Positions 1 through 13,343 of a stretch of 64,000 nucleotides of DNA are shown here, piece after piece. Under the pieces are notes generated by a model that saw only the letters and a list, made by a program, of their open reading frames with translations, was not told the origin of the DNA and did not search any database. The stretch lies in assembly GCA_046563655.1 (NCBI GenBank), contig CM102284.1:8308001-8372000 (forward strand), read 5' to 3'. Made by a program: the position numbers and the translations under genes. Each line of letters opens with the position of its first letter. The first letter of the stretch is position 1. The stretch comes from Yuukianura sp. NJ FZ-2021 (Eukaryota).

Positions 1-28
1 AAAGAAGTAAGCGTTAATCGATTGATAC

Positions 29-130
29 CTCAGTAAAAACGTTTGGAAGATTTGACGATGAAGTGAAGTTGCTGCTGGTTCCAGTTGAAGTGTCGTAGCT
101 TTCGTATCTTCTGGAATTCCGGCAATCCAT
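29..130 (-). CDS. Possible first coding exon of a gene running off the left edge (MDCRNSRRYESYDTSTGTSSNFTSSSNLPNVFTE)
   Basis: Acceptor ttccag before 148, ATG at 130, 34 open codons, then donor GAG|gtatc at 28. No recognisable homology. Confidence 0.3.
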
Positions 131-595
131 CCAACGGTTAATCAACACCTGGAAACTGGAAACTTAATTAATCAGATGATGATTTAATTGCAATTTCAAA
201 ATTAATGTGTCCTTATAATATTTGAATCAAAATGAAAACAAATCAAATTCAAAATGAAGTCATCACACACACACCCGCCACCCACAACAGAGCTGGGTAA
301 ATTTAAAAAATAATTATAATATTTTTTTTAATTAATTATTTACGACCAGTAAAAAGTTAATAATTTTTTTATCTGGACGCAACGTTATTCAGTAAGTTTT
401 TGATTTTTCACAATTTTGAAATACAGTTTCCATGTTAAAATTTTTTCTCGGTGTTGAAAATGCTCTAAACAGCTTGATGTATTTTTTTCCCTAAAACCTG
501 TAGGTTACCTTTGACCTTTTGAAATTTTCAAGTCTGCAGTTGACCTTTTGAAATTTTGAGGACGTTTTGGAAATTGTTTTTGAAAATCTTTGGAA

Positions 596-1641
596 ATGGC
601 TCAAGCAGCTCCTCGATCAGTGACGATTAGTCGTGCTGAACCAACAGTTGTAGGAAATACTCCAAGAGTTGAAGTGCCCGTGACAGAAGATGCAGAGGTC
701 ACTGACCCAAATCACATTGAGGTTGACCTGGAAGGTCAGAGTGACGATGACCAAAACCTCAACACACGACCACCCTATGTGCCCAGACCCTGTCCATGCG
801 CAATGGACAGAGCAGTCTACTTCCTCGGTGGAACTGAACTCGTAATGCCTGCTTCAGCATGACCTTTGATCTTTGACCTTTGACCTTTGACCTTTCAGGT
901 TGTTTACTTGAGTTTAATCGGAGTCTACACTTCGATGTACAACAGTTACACGGATTCCTCAACCATTAATCGATTCCAGTCACTTATACCCCGAGGGGGA
1001 GGAGGGCAGATTGAGAAGGAACTCATTCACACTAGTGTAACCAATGCCTACATTGGTAATTCCAAAAAAAAATGAAATGAATTTTTGGAAACTTTTTCAA
1101 CATTTTTGGTCTTAGCTAAACTTTGCATGTTCCATTTGATGCTGTGTTGGATCCATGTTCTCTGTTCAATTCTGCTGGTCATCGGAGCGGCTCGGGTACT
1201 TGCAAAATTTCAAAACTCTTTAACATGAAATCTCCAAATCTTTAAATATTTTCGAAAAAGTCATTATTTTTTCGTTTTTGGCAGCGAAATGCATTCATCT
1301 GTGGGATTTGGATGGTGGGCGTGAGTGGGATCGTGTTGATGAGGATTATCCTGATGTGCTTGATGCCAATTCGCGTGTTCGTCCACTCCTGGAGCTTCAT
1401 TTGGGTTGTGGTTGAGGTGTACTACTTGTATGTAACTGGCTGTTTCATTGTGGAGGTCAAAGCGTACCCCAAGGGCTATGTCTACAACAGTCGCCAGAGG
1501 TCAAAGTCTGAAGAGTTCTCAGAGTCAGAGATGAGGATGGTTCCAATAGAGGTCAAGCAGGGTCGAGGCTCAAAGGACCAAAAAACTCAAGGATTCCAGC
1601 AAATCAATCGCAGAACTGTCTACTACGAACCACTAGCATAA
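596..1641 (+). CDS. Uncharacterised multi-pass (about 4 TM) membrane protein, LAPTM/DUF4728-like; 4 exons
   Basis: Exons 596-841, 899-1055, 1116-1195 and 1285-1641 join in phase across GT-AG introns. Hydrophobic helices include SILLVIGAARRNAFICGIWM, resembling the S-LL-G---PW pattern of invertebrate tetraspan-like proteins. Confidence 0.7.
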
Positions 1642-1940
1642 ACAAAAAATTGATTAGTGTATCAAAAAAATCGTCTCAAAATCGTTTTTTTACATGATTT
1701 TCTAAATAAAGATTTTAGGAATTCTTGAATCTCATCAACCTGTAGTTTGTTTTTACTGTTACAAAACGTTTCATAATTTTTACGGCAAAAACATTCACAA
1801 CCTTTGAGACGGCAAAATATTTGACTTTTTGACTAATTTTGACTTTTGCGATTTTGACGTGTGAGTTCTTTTCTGAGTTTGGTTTGCGAAGACTTCAAAG
1901 CAGGAAAATTGTTGACCTTTGACCTCTCCGGAAGGCACAT

Positions 1941-3590
1941 TTATTTGGCCGCTTTCAAATTTTGAGCCAAGTTCTCCGCCAGTTTATCCAGAAACTGAAA
2001 CGTCTCCATGTACTCACATCGCCTCACACTGAAAAAGTACCAAACCGAAAAAGTTAAAATTTTGATTTTTTTTAATTTTCAAAATTTTGAAATATTCTTA
2101 CTCCATGGTGCCCTTGACGCAGATTGCCAAGTCCTTGGTCATGTATCCAGACTCAATAGTGGAAATGCAAGTTGCTTCCAGTGTTTCACAGAACTTTCTG
2201 AGCGCTTCATTGTCATCTAATTTAGCACGGTGCAAGAGGCCTCTGGTCCAGGCAAAAATTGAAGCAATCGGATTGGTGGACGTTTCTTTTCCAGCTTGGT
2301 GCATTCGGAAGTGTCTCGTGACCGTGCCATGAGCTGCCTCTGCCTCCACAGTTTTTCCATCGGGGGCAACTAGGACTGAAGTCATCATGCCAAGGGACCC
2401 GAACCCTTGAGCCACACTGTCACTCTGCACGTCTCCATCGTAGTTCTTGCAGGCCCACACATAACCTCCCTCGGATTTCATGCAATAAGCGACCTGCAAA
2501 GTGAAAAAACGATTCTCAAACGATTTTCCGATTTTTTGGAGAAGTTAAGCGAATTTTGTAAGAATTGAGCGTTTGACGTACCATGTCGTCGATGAGTCGA
2601 TGTTCATACCAAATGCTCTCAGCTTCAAACTTTTTTTTGTACTCCTTGTCATAGATTTCCTGGAAAATGTCCTTGAAGCGACCATCATACTTTTTCAAAA
2701 TCGTGTTTTTAGTTGAGAGGTACAACGGTAACTTTTTGTCCAGAGCGTATTCCATGGAAGAGTAAGCAAATTCACGGATGGAACTGTCAGTATTGTACAT
2801 GCCCATGGCAATCCCAGCTCCAGGGAAGTCATGTACGACGTGCTGGATACTTGGACCTCCATCGGCCGGCACAAAGGTCATGGTCACTTGACCTTTCCCG
2901 GGAACCAGAAAGTCGGTAGCTCGATACTGCACAAAAAGGTTCCCCGACATAAGTAATCGAAAGTAATTGAATTGAGTTTCGGTCCTACCTGATCTCCATG
3001 AGCATGACGACCAATGATGATCGGTTTCTTCCAGCCAGTGACCAATCGTGGAATATTTTTGCAGATAATTGCTTCTCGAAATACCGTTCCACCCAGGATG
3101 TTTCTAATCGTTCCGTTCGGACTCTTCCACATTTCCTTCAACTTGAATTCCTCAACACGAGCTTCATCCGGAGTAATCGTGGCACATTTAATCCCAACGT
3201 GATGCTCCTTGATAGCATTGGCACAGTCAATCGTCACTTTGTCGTCCGTGACATCTCGATTCTCAATGCCGAGGTCAAATACTTTGAGGTCAATGTCCAG
3301 AAAAGGCAGGATGAGTTTGGATTTGATTCCGTCCCAGATGATCCTAGTCATTTCATCTCCAAGAACATCAACTACTGGACCCACTGTAACAAAAAACACA
3401 CGTCAGCAATTTTATGAAACTGTAAATTTACCCCGAGTCAGCATTTAACTTCATATCTTTGGTTTCATTTAGGTTTGACCTCACATGACCCCTATGCTGA
3501 CAGTGTTGACGTAAACAACAACAGTAAAAACTTGAAGTTTGACAACTTTGAGATCATGAATTTGTTACCTTTGATTTTCTGGTCAGTCAT
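1941..3590 (-). CDS. Idh: NADP-dependent isocitrate dehydrogenase (IDH1-type); 5 coding exons
   Basis: [92 protein letters not shown]. Introns at about 3384-3568, 2929-2988, 2494-2581 and 2029-2101 are in phase. Ends ...NLKAAK* (TAA at 1941-1943). Confidence 0.97.
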
Positions 3591-5006
3591 TCTTGCTTGA
3601 GTTTGGAGTTGCCGGAGGATGACCTTTGACAAACAACTGAAAGTCCAAATGCTACCGAAGAATCTGGAAGGAACCGAAAACGCAATTTTTAAAACTCTTT
3701 TGACCTTTTGACCTCGATACTGAAAACGTATAGTTATAGTTTTAAATGAAAATCATAAAAATTGTGCTGAAATGAAATTCCCAAACCGGGTTTTCAAATA
3801 TTAAACTCCCCGAATTCAGAATCTCAAAAGGTGACAGTGTAACCTTTAGTGTCTGTACGTCATCGAACAAGAGTTGAGTGACCTCTGACTTCCAGAGGTC
3901 ACTGACCTTAATCCCTTAGTCCATATGCTGAATTCAAGTTTTCAAGCTATGTAATTTAGTCTACGGAAATTGTTGACACTCACCTTGACCTTCCCAATGG
4001 ACACTTTGTAGAAAAATAGTCAATGATATTTGTTAATTAACTGAAAGAATTAACTTAATTACAATTTAGATTCTGATTATATTATTCCTTTAAGCTGTGT
4101 TGCCTTTGACTTTTGTCTGTCCAATGCCACAAAAAGTTCCAAATGACTTGAAACTCTAACTTCTTAGCCAGAAATGACCTTTGGACGAATGACAAGACTT
4201 GTTTACACGAACAAGGTCAAGTTGAGATAAGTTGACCTCTGAAGGTCACCATATCCTGGTCAAACCCCTACGTTAGTTTTAATCTGGACACAGTAGACCA
4301 AGTCCAGACTCCAGAGTCCACTCCAATCTCTAATGTCAAAATGTCTTTGACCCCAAGTAATTAAAGACAACTTAAATTAAACTTTTAGTCTTTTAATTTT
4401 AATTAAAACTTACCACTCTCTTGAATGAAGCTCGAAGAAAGCGTAAGGTTGGACTATCCTCCAAAAGTGGAACAGAAGTGAGAGTTATCTGGACTTGTGG
4501 CCTTGCAAATGACAGACGGAACCAGTTGACCCTTGACCTCTGAAGTTTGGTGGACAAAGACTAAAGTGATTGACAGTTGAGAGGAATAGGGTGACACGTG
4601 GAAGAGACAATAGACAGGGAGTGGCAAGGGGGAGATGACCAGATAAATTACATGAAATTGGGAATCATAAAAACCCACTTACGTGGCACTCTCAGTGGAC
4701 CACGATTACATACTTTTTTGGAACTCACAAACATTATGCAATGCTTTTGCACTTTCGAACACCAAAAATTAATTAAAAGTTTAAGTAATTAGCATTTAAC
4801 AGCAGTTTAGAATTATTAGTTTACTTGTGTAACAAGTATACAATAACAGCAGCATCAGCATTTGAAATTTAGATTTTCCGCTTTCTCCACTTGAAAATTT
4901 TTACGCTAGTCGAAAAATATAAAAATTCAAACCTGGTAGTATTTTTTTAGTAAATTTACACGACATTTGAAAATTATTTTGAAAAAGGGCAGGTTCTTTT
5001 TGTTCA

Positions 5007-5199
5007 GGGAATGCCGAGATGCGTGACGTCAAAGAGTGACGTCATAAGAGTGGCGGGGAGCCTTTTTGTTTCGCATAATACCCGCATAGGATCCGGCCAA
5101 AATCGAGCGTCCACTTTTAGGATAACAGTCTGCACGACACTCAAAATTTTACACAGATCACAGTGTGATCTTGTAGCAACCGGCACTCACTGTTTACCT
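5007..5199. repeat. Interspersed repeat copy containing two TGACGTCA palindromes
   Basis: 5055-5138 is the reverse complement of 63896-63979 (6 mismatches in 84 bp). 5007-5031 (GGGAATGCCGAG...TGACGTCA) matches the reverse complement of 58911-58935. Confidence 0.85.
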
Positions 5200-7194
5200 T
5201 CATCTCTGTATGTTAAGTTTTAAATGGCGTTTCAATAAAATGTAGTAACAATAATCATTTTGATTAAATTATAAGTAATTCCATGTTTAGTTTTTAGTAC
5301 AGTAAAGTAAATCTGAACATCTTCGCAAGTAATTTCAAATCAACTAGTCACTACGTGCCTGGAATCTCCAAAATTCTAAATTATCTAAAATTCAAAAGTC
5401 TTTTTAAATTTTGAGTACTAAGGTCACGTTTTTTGTGTTTTAATTTTAAACTGAAGTTCAGCAGAAGTATTATTCCTTGCACGTGATGATTTTTGAGGTC
5501 GATAAAAAATGCAGAGGTCACAAAGGTCGCAGAGGATGAGAGACTTGGCTAATAAATTTTGTGATTAATCACAATTTGTATTCCGAACCAGGTCGAACCT
5601 ACTAAGAATCATAACTTGGTGCGGATTTAAATTTAAGACGAAACGTTCATCTCAATTGTTAATTAGTTAATTCCTAATTAATTTTAAATTTAAAAGCGTT
5701 CCAGCGAAAGTTTTAAAACTGACAGACACATGCTAACCTAAGCATATACAATTTTTTAAGTTTTTTTTTGAGATCATATTTGATTTATTTAACTAAAAAC
5801 ATCAAAAAACTAAAAATAAATTAAGCTTTTTGCACAAAAGTGATAAAATTTTTTTTTGAAAAGTAGTAAATTTTGACAAATGAGAACAAACACAATTCAA
5901 AAAACATAAAAAATTACTTCCGCTCAAATTCAAATTCATTGTTACAATAATTGAGCGTTGTTCCATTATCCAAATGTCACGATTTTGCAATATGAAAAAG
6001 TTTACCTTTGACCCAAATTCAAAAAGCACCAAATGTGTTATAAACTTTGGAATCTTCTGCATCTGAAACAAAAAACAGTTGCACTGGCGATTCAGAAAAA
6101 CCAATTGTAGAACTATTCAAAAATGACAAATGGCTCCTCAAATTTTTCAATTTTTTTCTTTTTCGAAATTTTGATTTCTGAAAAATAGAGCATGGTTTGT
6201 GCATTGACTGGTGCTTGGTCAAATTGGAAACACGGCACATCATACACGAACCAGGTTGAAAGTAATCGATTACTCGGCTGGACATCAATAGGCAGCTTTT
6301 TAAATATGTTGCTGTAAAACTGCGGCAGTTAAGCAAAGTTATATGTCAAAAAGCTTGTTTCATGGAAGTGTCAATCATTAAACTTTAATGTATCATCAGT
6401 TAAGATTAATTGCAATTTAACTCCCAACACAATTGTTTTTCCGCCTTATCGCAATCAAATCCTTGTGCAAACCCATTGTTCACTTTGTTTCCGCCTTTTT
6501 CGGTAAAAAAAAGCTTCGAAATTTTTTCGCAATTTTCCGAATTCGATGACAAAGTTTGTACAAATTCGACAAAAATTGTGAGAATGACTTTCACAAAATT
6601 ACCACAAAATTTGTCATATTCATGCACTCAGCGAATGAATTTTAATCTGAAATTTTATTGTCCAGGCATGCAAGTTTAGAGCTTGACGCTGATTGGTTGA
6701 TTCCGAGGTGTGAAGAACTTACTCCACTTTGTCCCTAGGTGTGAACCGATTAATTAGTTGAGGTGTAACATGAAGAGGAGGTGTGATCAATTAATCGGTA
6801 GAGTTAATTAATCAGAAGCATCAAAGGTACATTGTATTACTGCTTAAAAGCACATGACACTTGACTTAGAGTGGAGATTAAGTGGAGAAAGATAATCTTG
6901 ATGAAGTAGGTGTGAAAATACTTGTAATTAGGCACTTTGTTAATTAGTTGGACAGGTAGAGCACAGGGGTGAGGACAACAGGAAGTGGCAATTTCTGCTC
7001 TACCAAACTCTGGTAAGTTGCAAAAGTTGTCATTCCAAAAAATCATCACACTTTTCATCCCCTCACTTTCAATTTCCCCACCCCCAAACGACTCCAAGAG
7101 GGGGAAGAGGAGAGAGATTTGCAAACAATCACGTACCTGTTGCAGATTCCGCAACTGATTGAGGTCTGAGTTGTGTTTTGACTACTGAACCAAC

Positions 7195-10100
7195 ATGTCA
7201 AGTGGAACTCACATGGAAATGTCCCTGGAACCAGGTCAACGTCAAAGTTTGGCCAAACTTGACCCGGTTGACCTCGCAGGGTCACCAGCAGTGTTTACGC
7301 AAAATACCGCCGGAGGATTCGAACCGGTAAGCGTCATTTTTCTAATTTTTCTAACAATAGTTCAAGCATTTCCGCTGAAATTGAAAAATTTCAATACTGA
7401 AAAACTGAAAAAGCTGATTCAAGTTTCAGGATTTCCAAAACTCCAAATTCCAAAAAGTTTCCAAATTGCAGGAGATTTCGAAGTTGCGAAAATTTTGAAA
7501 TTTGAAAAAACTAAAAAACGAGGATACGGATGTTTTTTAAACTTGAAATTTTGGTTTTATCCAGTTTTGCAAGAATAGTTTAGCAGTTTATTGTAAAACT
7601 GAGGTGTGACAATTTGCAAACAGGGTGTGAACGGAATTTGTAAAATACAAAAAGTTGACGACAAAAGTTGAATTGTTTAGTATTTTTTTTAAATTTGCAA
7701 ATCTTGATTCTCTGGTTTTAAATCCTGAGAATAGCACAAATTGTTATTCCAACAGAATTCTACGTACTGATTGCGAAAAAAAAAGCGTCACGCCTATTTG
7801 TGCACACTTTCGCAATAACTTTTTTGCGATTTGGATTTAATATGAGTACTTTCCTGGAACAATTCCCAAGCGTCAACAATATAAAAAAATATGCTTTGTG
7901 AAGTGGGTCCTAAATTAACAATTCCTAAAACTCATGCTGCTTGAACTCATGAAATTTTTAGCCTCAGGGTAAATTTCAAAATTTCGAAGAATAAAATAAT
8001 CAAAATTTAAAAGTTCTGATTTTTTGTACATGTGATGATAGGGGCTACAGATTACACAAGTTGGAAATCGATATACTCGACGCTACCAAAAATTTGCAAT
8101 CAGGAAGAGTGAGATTAAATTGTAAATCAATAGTAATTCTAACAATAATATCAACTTCCAATCAAAAACTGATATTTTTCTAGACAAAAAACAATTTCAA
8201 AATTTTCATAAGCTGAGATTAGACTCCAATTTGTCATGTTGTCAGTTGAGGTCAAAGGTCAGAGTTCCAGGAAATGACCGGAACTGTGAGTATTTTGGAA
8301 ATTCGTGATTCAAAATCCACAAAGACATGAGTAATGGCGTTTCGTTTTAATTTGATGGTAATTTATACTTTGAGAGAGCTTCTAATGAACAGAAAAGTAC
8401 GGAAGTTGATGCTAAAACCAACCTGAGTTTATGCACACAACAAAATTGACATTTCGAAATCATGAATCATAGCAATGAAGCAAAAATAGCAACAACAAAT
8501 TCACAAATGTCAAATCCGTATGAAAAAATTAACAATTCTTGGAAGATTCGCGAAATTTTTTGTCCATGGTTTACCTATTTTATTTTTTAACTAGCGTTGA
8601 GTCAATACAAACAATTTTTAAAAAAATCGATTTTTTTTTCTCTTTCGAAAACCTTTTTCTCTGAAATTTTTCTAATTTTTTTCTTGAAATAATTTTTCAC
8701 ATCTTCCTCCTTATGAAAGTATTATTTCTTTTTTTTCTTGAAATTTTTCTCATTTTTTCTGAAAGTATTTTTTTCTGAGCCTCAACTTTTTTGTTCTGAT
8801 ACTCTAATTTTTCTCTGAAATTTTTCTCATTTTTTCTCTTAAATTTTTTCAATTTTTCTCTGAAATTTTTCTCATATTTTCTCTAAACATTTTCTCAACT
8901 TTTCTTTTCTCGTTTTTTTTCTTGAAATAATTAATTCGTCTCACCTTTGTTCTGAAACTATGACTTTTCTCTGAAATTTTCTCCATTTTCTTCTGAAATT
9001 CGTCTTTTTCTTAGGAATACCGTGGAAGTGTGAGCAGTTCGAACAGCAGTGGGAAGCGGAAGAGCAGCAAGGCCAAACTGTCAGTTGGAGATGACCCTTG
9101 GGCCATCCAGGACATGGTGTCCACCACTGTGCCTTGGGGGGCCCTTGACACGAAGGGCAAGTTCAAAAGAGTGGGCTCAGGCATCTTCAAGGCCCTCGCA
9201 CTCCTCACACTGCTCTACTTCTTCGTCTGCTCCCTCGACTGCTTGTCCTCTGGATTCCAATTGGTCTCTGGAGAAGGGGCTTCCTCCATCTTCCAAGAAT
9301 CAGAATTCATCTCAAATCCTGTTGTCGGTAACTGGCAAAATTTACAAATGAATTTCAAAATTTACAAATTTTGAACAATTTTTCAAATTTTGAGATAAAA
9401 TGGGAATTACTTGTAGGTGTGATGATCGGGATCCTGACTACCGTCATGGTCCAGAGTTCCTCCACTTCAACGTCCATCATCGTCACGATGGTCGCCTCCG
9501 ATTGTAACTTTTTCAAAAATAAATTTTTCAAAATATTAATCTCATAATAAAAGTTTCCTATTAAAAAGCTTCATATTAAAAACTTTGTAAACTCGTAGTG
9601 CTATCGGTGGAACAAGCCATTCCGATTATCATGGGGGCTAATATTGGTAAGCACTTCAAAAATTCAAGAACCACTGACTCCTAAGTTTCAAAATTTCGAA
9701 ATTATTCAAAATTTTGAAACTTTTTAGGAACGTCCATTACGAATACTATTGTGTCTCTGACACAATCCGGTGACAGAAACCAGTTCCGTCGAGCCTTTGC
9801 AGGAGCCACGGTCCACGACATGTTCAACTGGCTCACCGTCATCGTTCTCCTCATCGTCGAAGTCACAACACGTTAGACCCACTTCAAAAAGTTTCAAAAT
9901 TTCAAAAACATTTTTCAGCAAGTTTCAAAATTTCGAAATTTCTAAAATAATTTTCAGATTACCTCCTCCATGCTTCAACATGGCTGACGGACGTTCTTCT
10001 GCCGGAAGGAGAAGCCGGGAGTGAAATTGAAACTTTGAGTGTCATCACTGATCCATTTGTGGAATTAATCGTCAAATTGAACAGTCTCACACTTGACTGC

Positions 10101-11383
10101 TGGGCAAGTAACGGCACAATGCACGAAGAGTGCACCTCTGGCATGACACTCCTCCTCCAGTGCCCTCCAGCACCAGAATCAGAATGTAATTTGACCTTTG
10201 ACCTTCTCTAGTTTGACCTTTGACCTTCTCCAGTTTGACGTTTGATCTTCTGTCTCTAGGTAACTACCTCTTTGCTCTCCTGGGCTGGAGCGACGTCGTT
10301 TCGGGAGCAGTTCTTCTGGTTTGTTCTTTGATCGTGCTCTGCGGATGTCTTATCCTCATTGTCAAAGTCCTCCAGTCTGTGATGCAAGGTAAAAAATATT
10401 ATATTATAATTATTTATATTATATACTTTAAGTTGTATTTATTATAATTTATATTAAATATGTTTATCATCAGGTCAAATTTCGAACGTAATTCGGAAAA
10501 CGCTGAATGCCAAGATCCCGTACGTGCCGTGGGTGACTGGCTACATCGCCATTCTGATTGGCGCGTTGATGACATTCCTCGTCCAATCAAGCTCCGTCTT
10601 CACGTCAGCCCTCACGCCATTGGTCGGTTTGGGCGTCATCAGCGTCCAACGAGTCTATCCACTGACCTTGGGCTCCAACATCGGCACCACCACTACATCT
10701 CTCCTAGGTAATCAATTATATAACATATTAATATAATATAATTTATGTAAAATATAATTTATATAAAACATAATAATATAATAATTTATATAAAATTTTA
10801 CTTTTTAGCTGCCATGGCCCAATCAGGAGCTGGCCTTCGCGAGAGTTTGCAAGTGGCCCTGTGTCATCTTCTGTTCAACGTAACTGGGATCCTCATCTTC
10901 TATCCAATCCCCTTCATGCGATTCCCCATCGGCATGGCCAAGTTCCTCGGAGACACTACTGCCAAGTATCGGTGGTTTGCCATTGCCTACATGCTCGTCA
11001 TGTTCGTCCTCTTGCCAGTCGTTGTCATGGGGCTCTCCTTCATCCACACCATTGCTGTCATCGTTTTCGCTGTTTTGGTTTTCCTCATCTTTGCTTTCGT
11101 CCTCATCGTCTCTGCAATCCAGAAAAGACGGCCCGGTTGGCTCCCGAAGTGGCTGCGCAACTGGAAGTTCCTTCCACTGCCACTGCGCAGTTTGGAGCCC
11201 TACGACAGAATCTTCTCCAGCTGGGCATGTTGCAGGAAACTGAAACAGAAAACGGAAGAGTCAAAGGACTACGAAAACGAAGCATTTGAGCATGATGGAC
11301 CAAGGAACAATTTGAGCTCAGTACAAGTCCAGGACCTTCGACCTGCGAAAAATGGACACTCAAATCCAGCATTTAACGAATAA
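7195..11383 (+). CDS. SLC34A: Sodium-dependent phosphate cotransporter, SLC34 (NaPi-II) family; 9 coding exons
   Basis: Signature repeats [12 protein letters not shown] and VQSSSVFTS, plus [55 protein letters not shown] and KYRWFA. Exon 7195-7326 joins in phase 0 to 9015. Stop TAA at 11381-11383. Confidence 0.95.
8630..9010. repeat. Degenerate T-tract minisatellite (TTTTTCTCTGAAA-like units) in the long SLC34 intron
   Basis: Repeated TTTTTCTCTGAAA / TTTTTCTCAT units directly upstream of the 9014 acceptor. Confidence 0.7.
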
Positions 11384-11696
11384 TTTTTTAGTATTTTCAA
11401 AAGTATTTATATTTTAGGACAACAAGTTTAATTTTATGAAGAGAATCGTTACAAACAAACAGTTATGACATTTTTTGATTATTCAGTTTTTGAAAAAGGT
11501 CAAAGTTCAAAGAATTGTAGAATTTTAGAATTTTTTGAATTTAGAGTAAAGCCAAAAAGCCGTTCAAGAAAAATAAAGTGCCTTGGCAATTTAAAATTTA
11601 AGAAACAAGTTTAACAATGATGATACAGTTTCAGTTTTTTTCAAATTTTGAAAATTCTAAAAATTTTGAAAATCTGAATTCGCACTTACGGAAATA

Positions 11697-12940
11697 ATGA
11701 GTAAAGTACAAATAGTTGCCACACCTCCTCCTCCAGCGGCGCCTCCAGAAAAAGCTGGAGATGCTGCTGAAAATGTCGTGCCGGAACCGGCACAGAGTTC
11801 GGTCGCCAAAAACCGAAAGAATCTTCCGGAAAAACGGAAAATCCCGGCGACGCGTCTTGCTAGAGCAAAAGTCTCTGTAGAATTTTCCACGACCTTGTTC
11901 TGCCAACGATTTCTACGGTTAGTTTCACTTCGTCGTCACGTTTGACCTTGACCTTGACCTCGTGACCTTTGATTTTCAGAAGCGTGACAGCGATTCTTGG
12001 TGTCCAGTACTTGACCATCTTTGCTTTGTTGATGACAGCCATTTTGAGCGAGAAAGCAGCGAATCTGGTTGTGGACAAATGGCAACTCTGGCTGATCCTG
12101 CACAGCGCTTGCTACTGCGTCATCGCTGTATCGCTCATTCTGCTCAACAAGGTCTACCGGAAGGCTGGACTGTTCAACTACGTTCCCCTGGCAGTCATCA
12201 CGGTCAACATCGCCGGTCTTCTGTCCATTCCTGTCGTCCAATTCAAGTAAGTCATTCACTTTTCAAAGGTCAAAGGTCAAAGGTCAAATTTTCCATGACC
12301 TTCCAGGCTCTGGGGCATCGCTGCTGTGACAGGAGCCATTGGATTGTACGGAATTCTGCTTTCAATTTTCCAACTTTGTAGCTGGGAACTTTCGCTTTTT
12401 TCGGGTCTCCTCGGAATGTAAGACTCTCAGCTTCAAATGTCCTAAATCACAAATTAAATTACTTTTCAATTAATTGATTTATTATTATATTTAATTTAAT
12501 AAATATTATTTTACTTTAGAATCGTTGGGAATACACTGCTTGGAAGCGGGGCCTTGGCTGTGCTGTTTCATCGCTTCGGAGTGAAATGTCCTTCTCAAGT
12601 TTTCTTCATCCTGGAGGCAGTGACGACTGGTGTGATGGGCTACTTCCTGTATGACCTTGAACTGATGACCTCTGACCCCGGAGTGCACAGACTCCTGGAG
12701 TATGGAATTGTGTACAACAGTGAAGCCTACGGGACACTTCATTTGTCAGTTGACCTGGTCCACGCTCTCATCAAAATCCCCAAGTACGTCTTCGGCTGCT
12801 GCAAAGTTCGATGTCGCAAAGGCCGATGTCGCCAGTTCGTTGGTCGCTCGTGTCTCGGTTTCGGCTGGGGCAAACCTTATCCCAAAGGTGGATCCCCTGC
12901 TGACAGTGAAGAAGAAACTGAAACTAAATTAAATCAATAA
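11697..12940 (+). CDS. Divergent TMBIM / Bax inhibitor-1 (lifeguard-like) multi-pass membrane protein; 4 exons
   Basis: Exons 11697-11917, 11980-12246, 12307-12417 and 12520-12940 are in phase. RFLRSVTAILGVQYLTIF resembles FIRKVYSIL..QL, YFLYDLELM resembles YLxYDTQLM, and AYGTLHLSVDLV resembles YIFAALNLYLDII. About 6-7 hydrophobic segments. Confidence 0.6.
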
Positions 12941-13343
12941 AAATATAAATATAATAATGAATATATTAATCAAACAAAAATGTAATTAGAAAAAAATATA
13001 GAAGTTGGCGACATTTACGAAACCACATGAATCCAAAATTACTGCAGTGCCGGCCCAGGTGAAATATTCAACTTTAATCTGAAGCTAATTTGACTTTAAA
13101 CATTAATTAATTAATAATTAATGTTAATTAATTAATAATTAACTAATTCTCTTCTTATAATACATTTTTAGGCACATGTAAACTTTAAAAAATTAAGTTT
13201 TTAAGCTACCCATTCCAAATATTTTGGAACTAAAATTAATTGATTCTATTAAAAAGGAAAACAGAAGTTAAAAAAGAAATCTGAAAAATGTTCTAAAAAA
13301 TCCTCAACATTTTCAAAAAATACGTTTTGAGTAGAGGTACTTA

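Noticed and set aside
5802-7154. Short ORFs in the Idh-SLC34 intergenic region (similarly 38300-40400, 46600-48400, 62800-63600)
   Set aside because: F/K/L-rich translations of AT-rich non-coding DNA, with no homology or exon signals.
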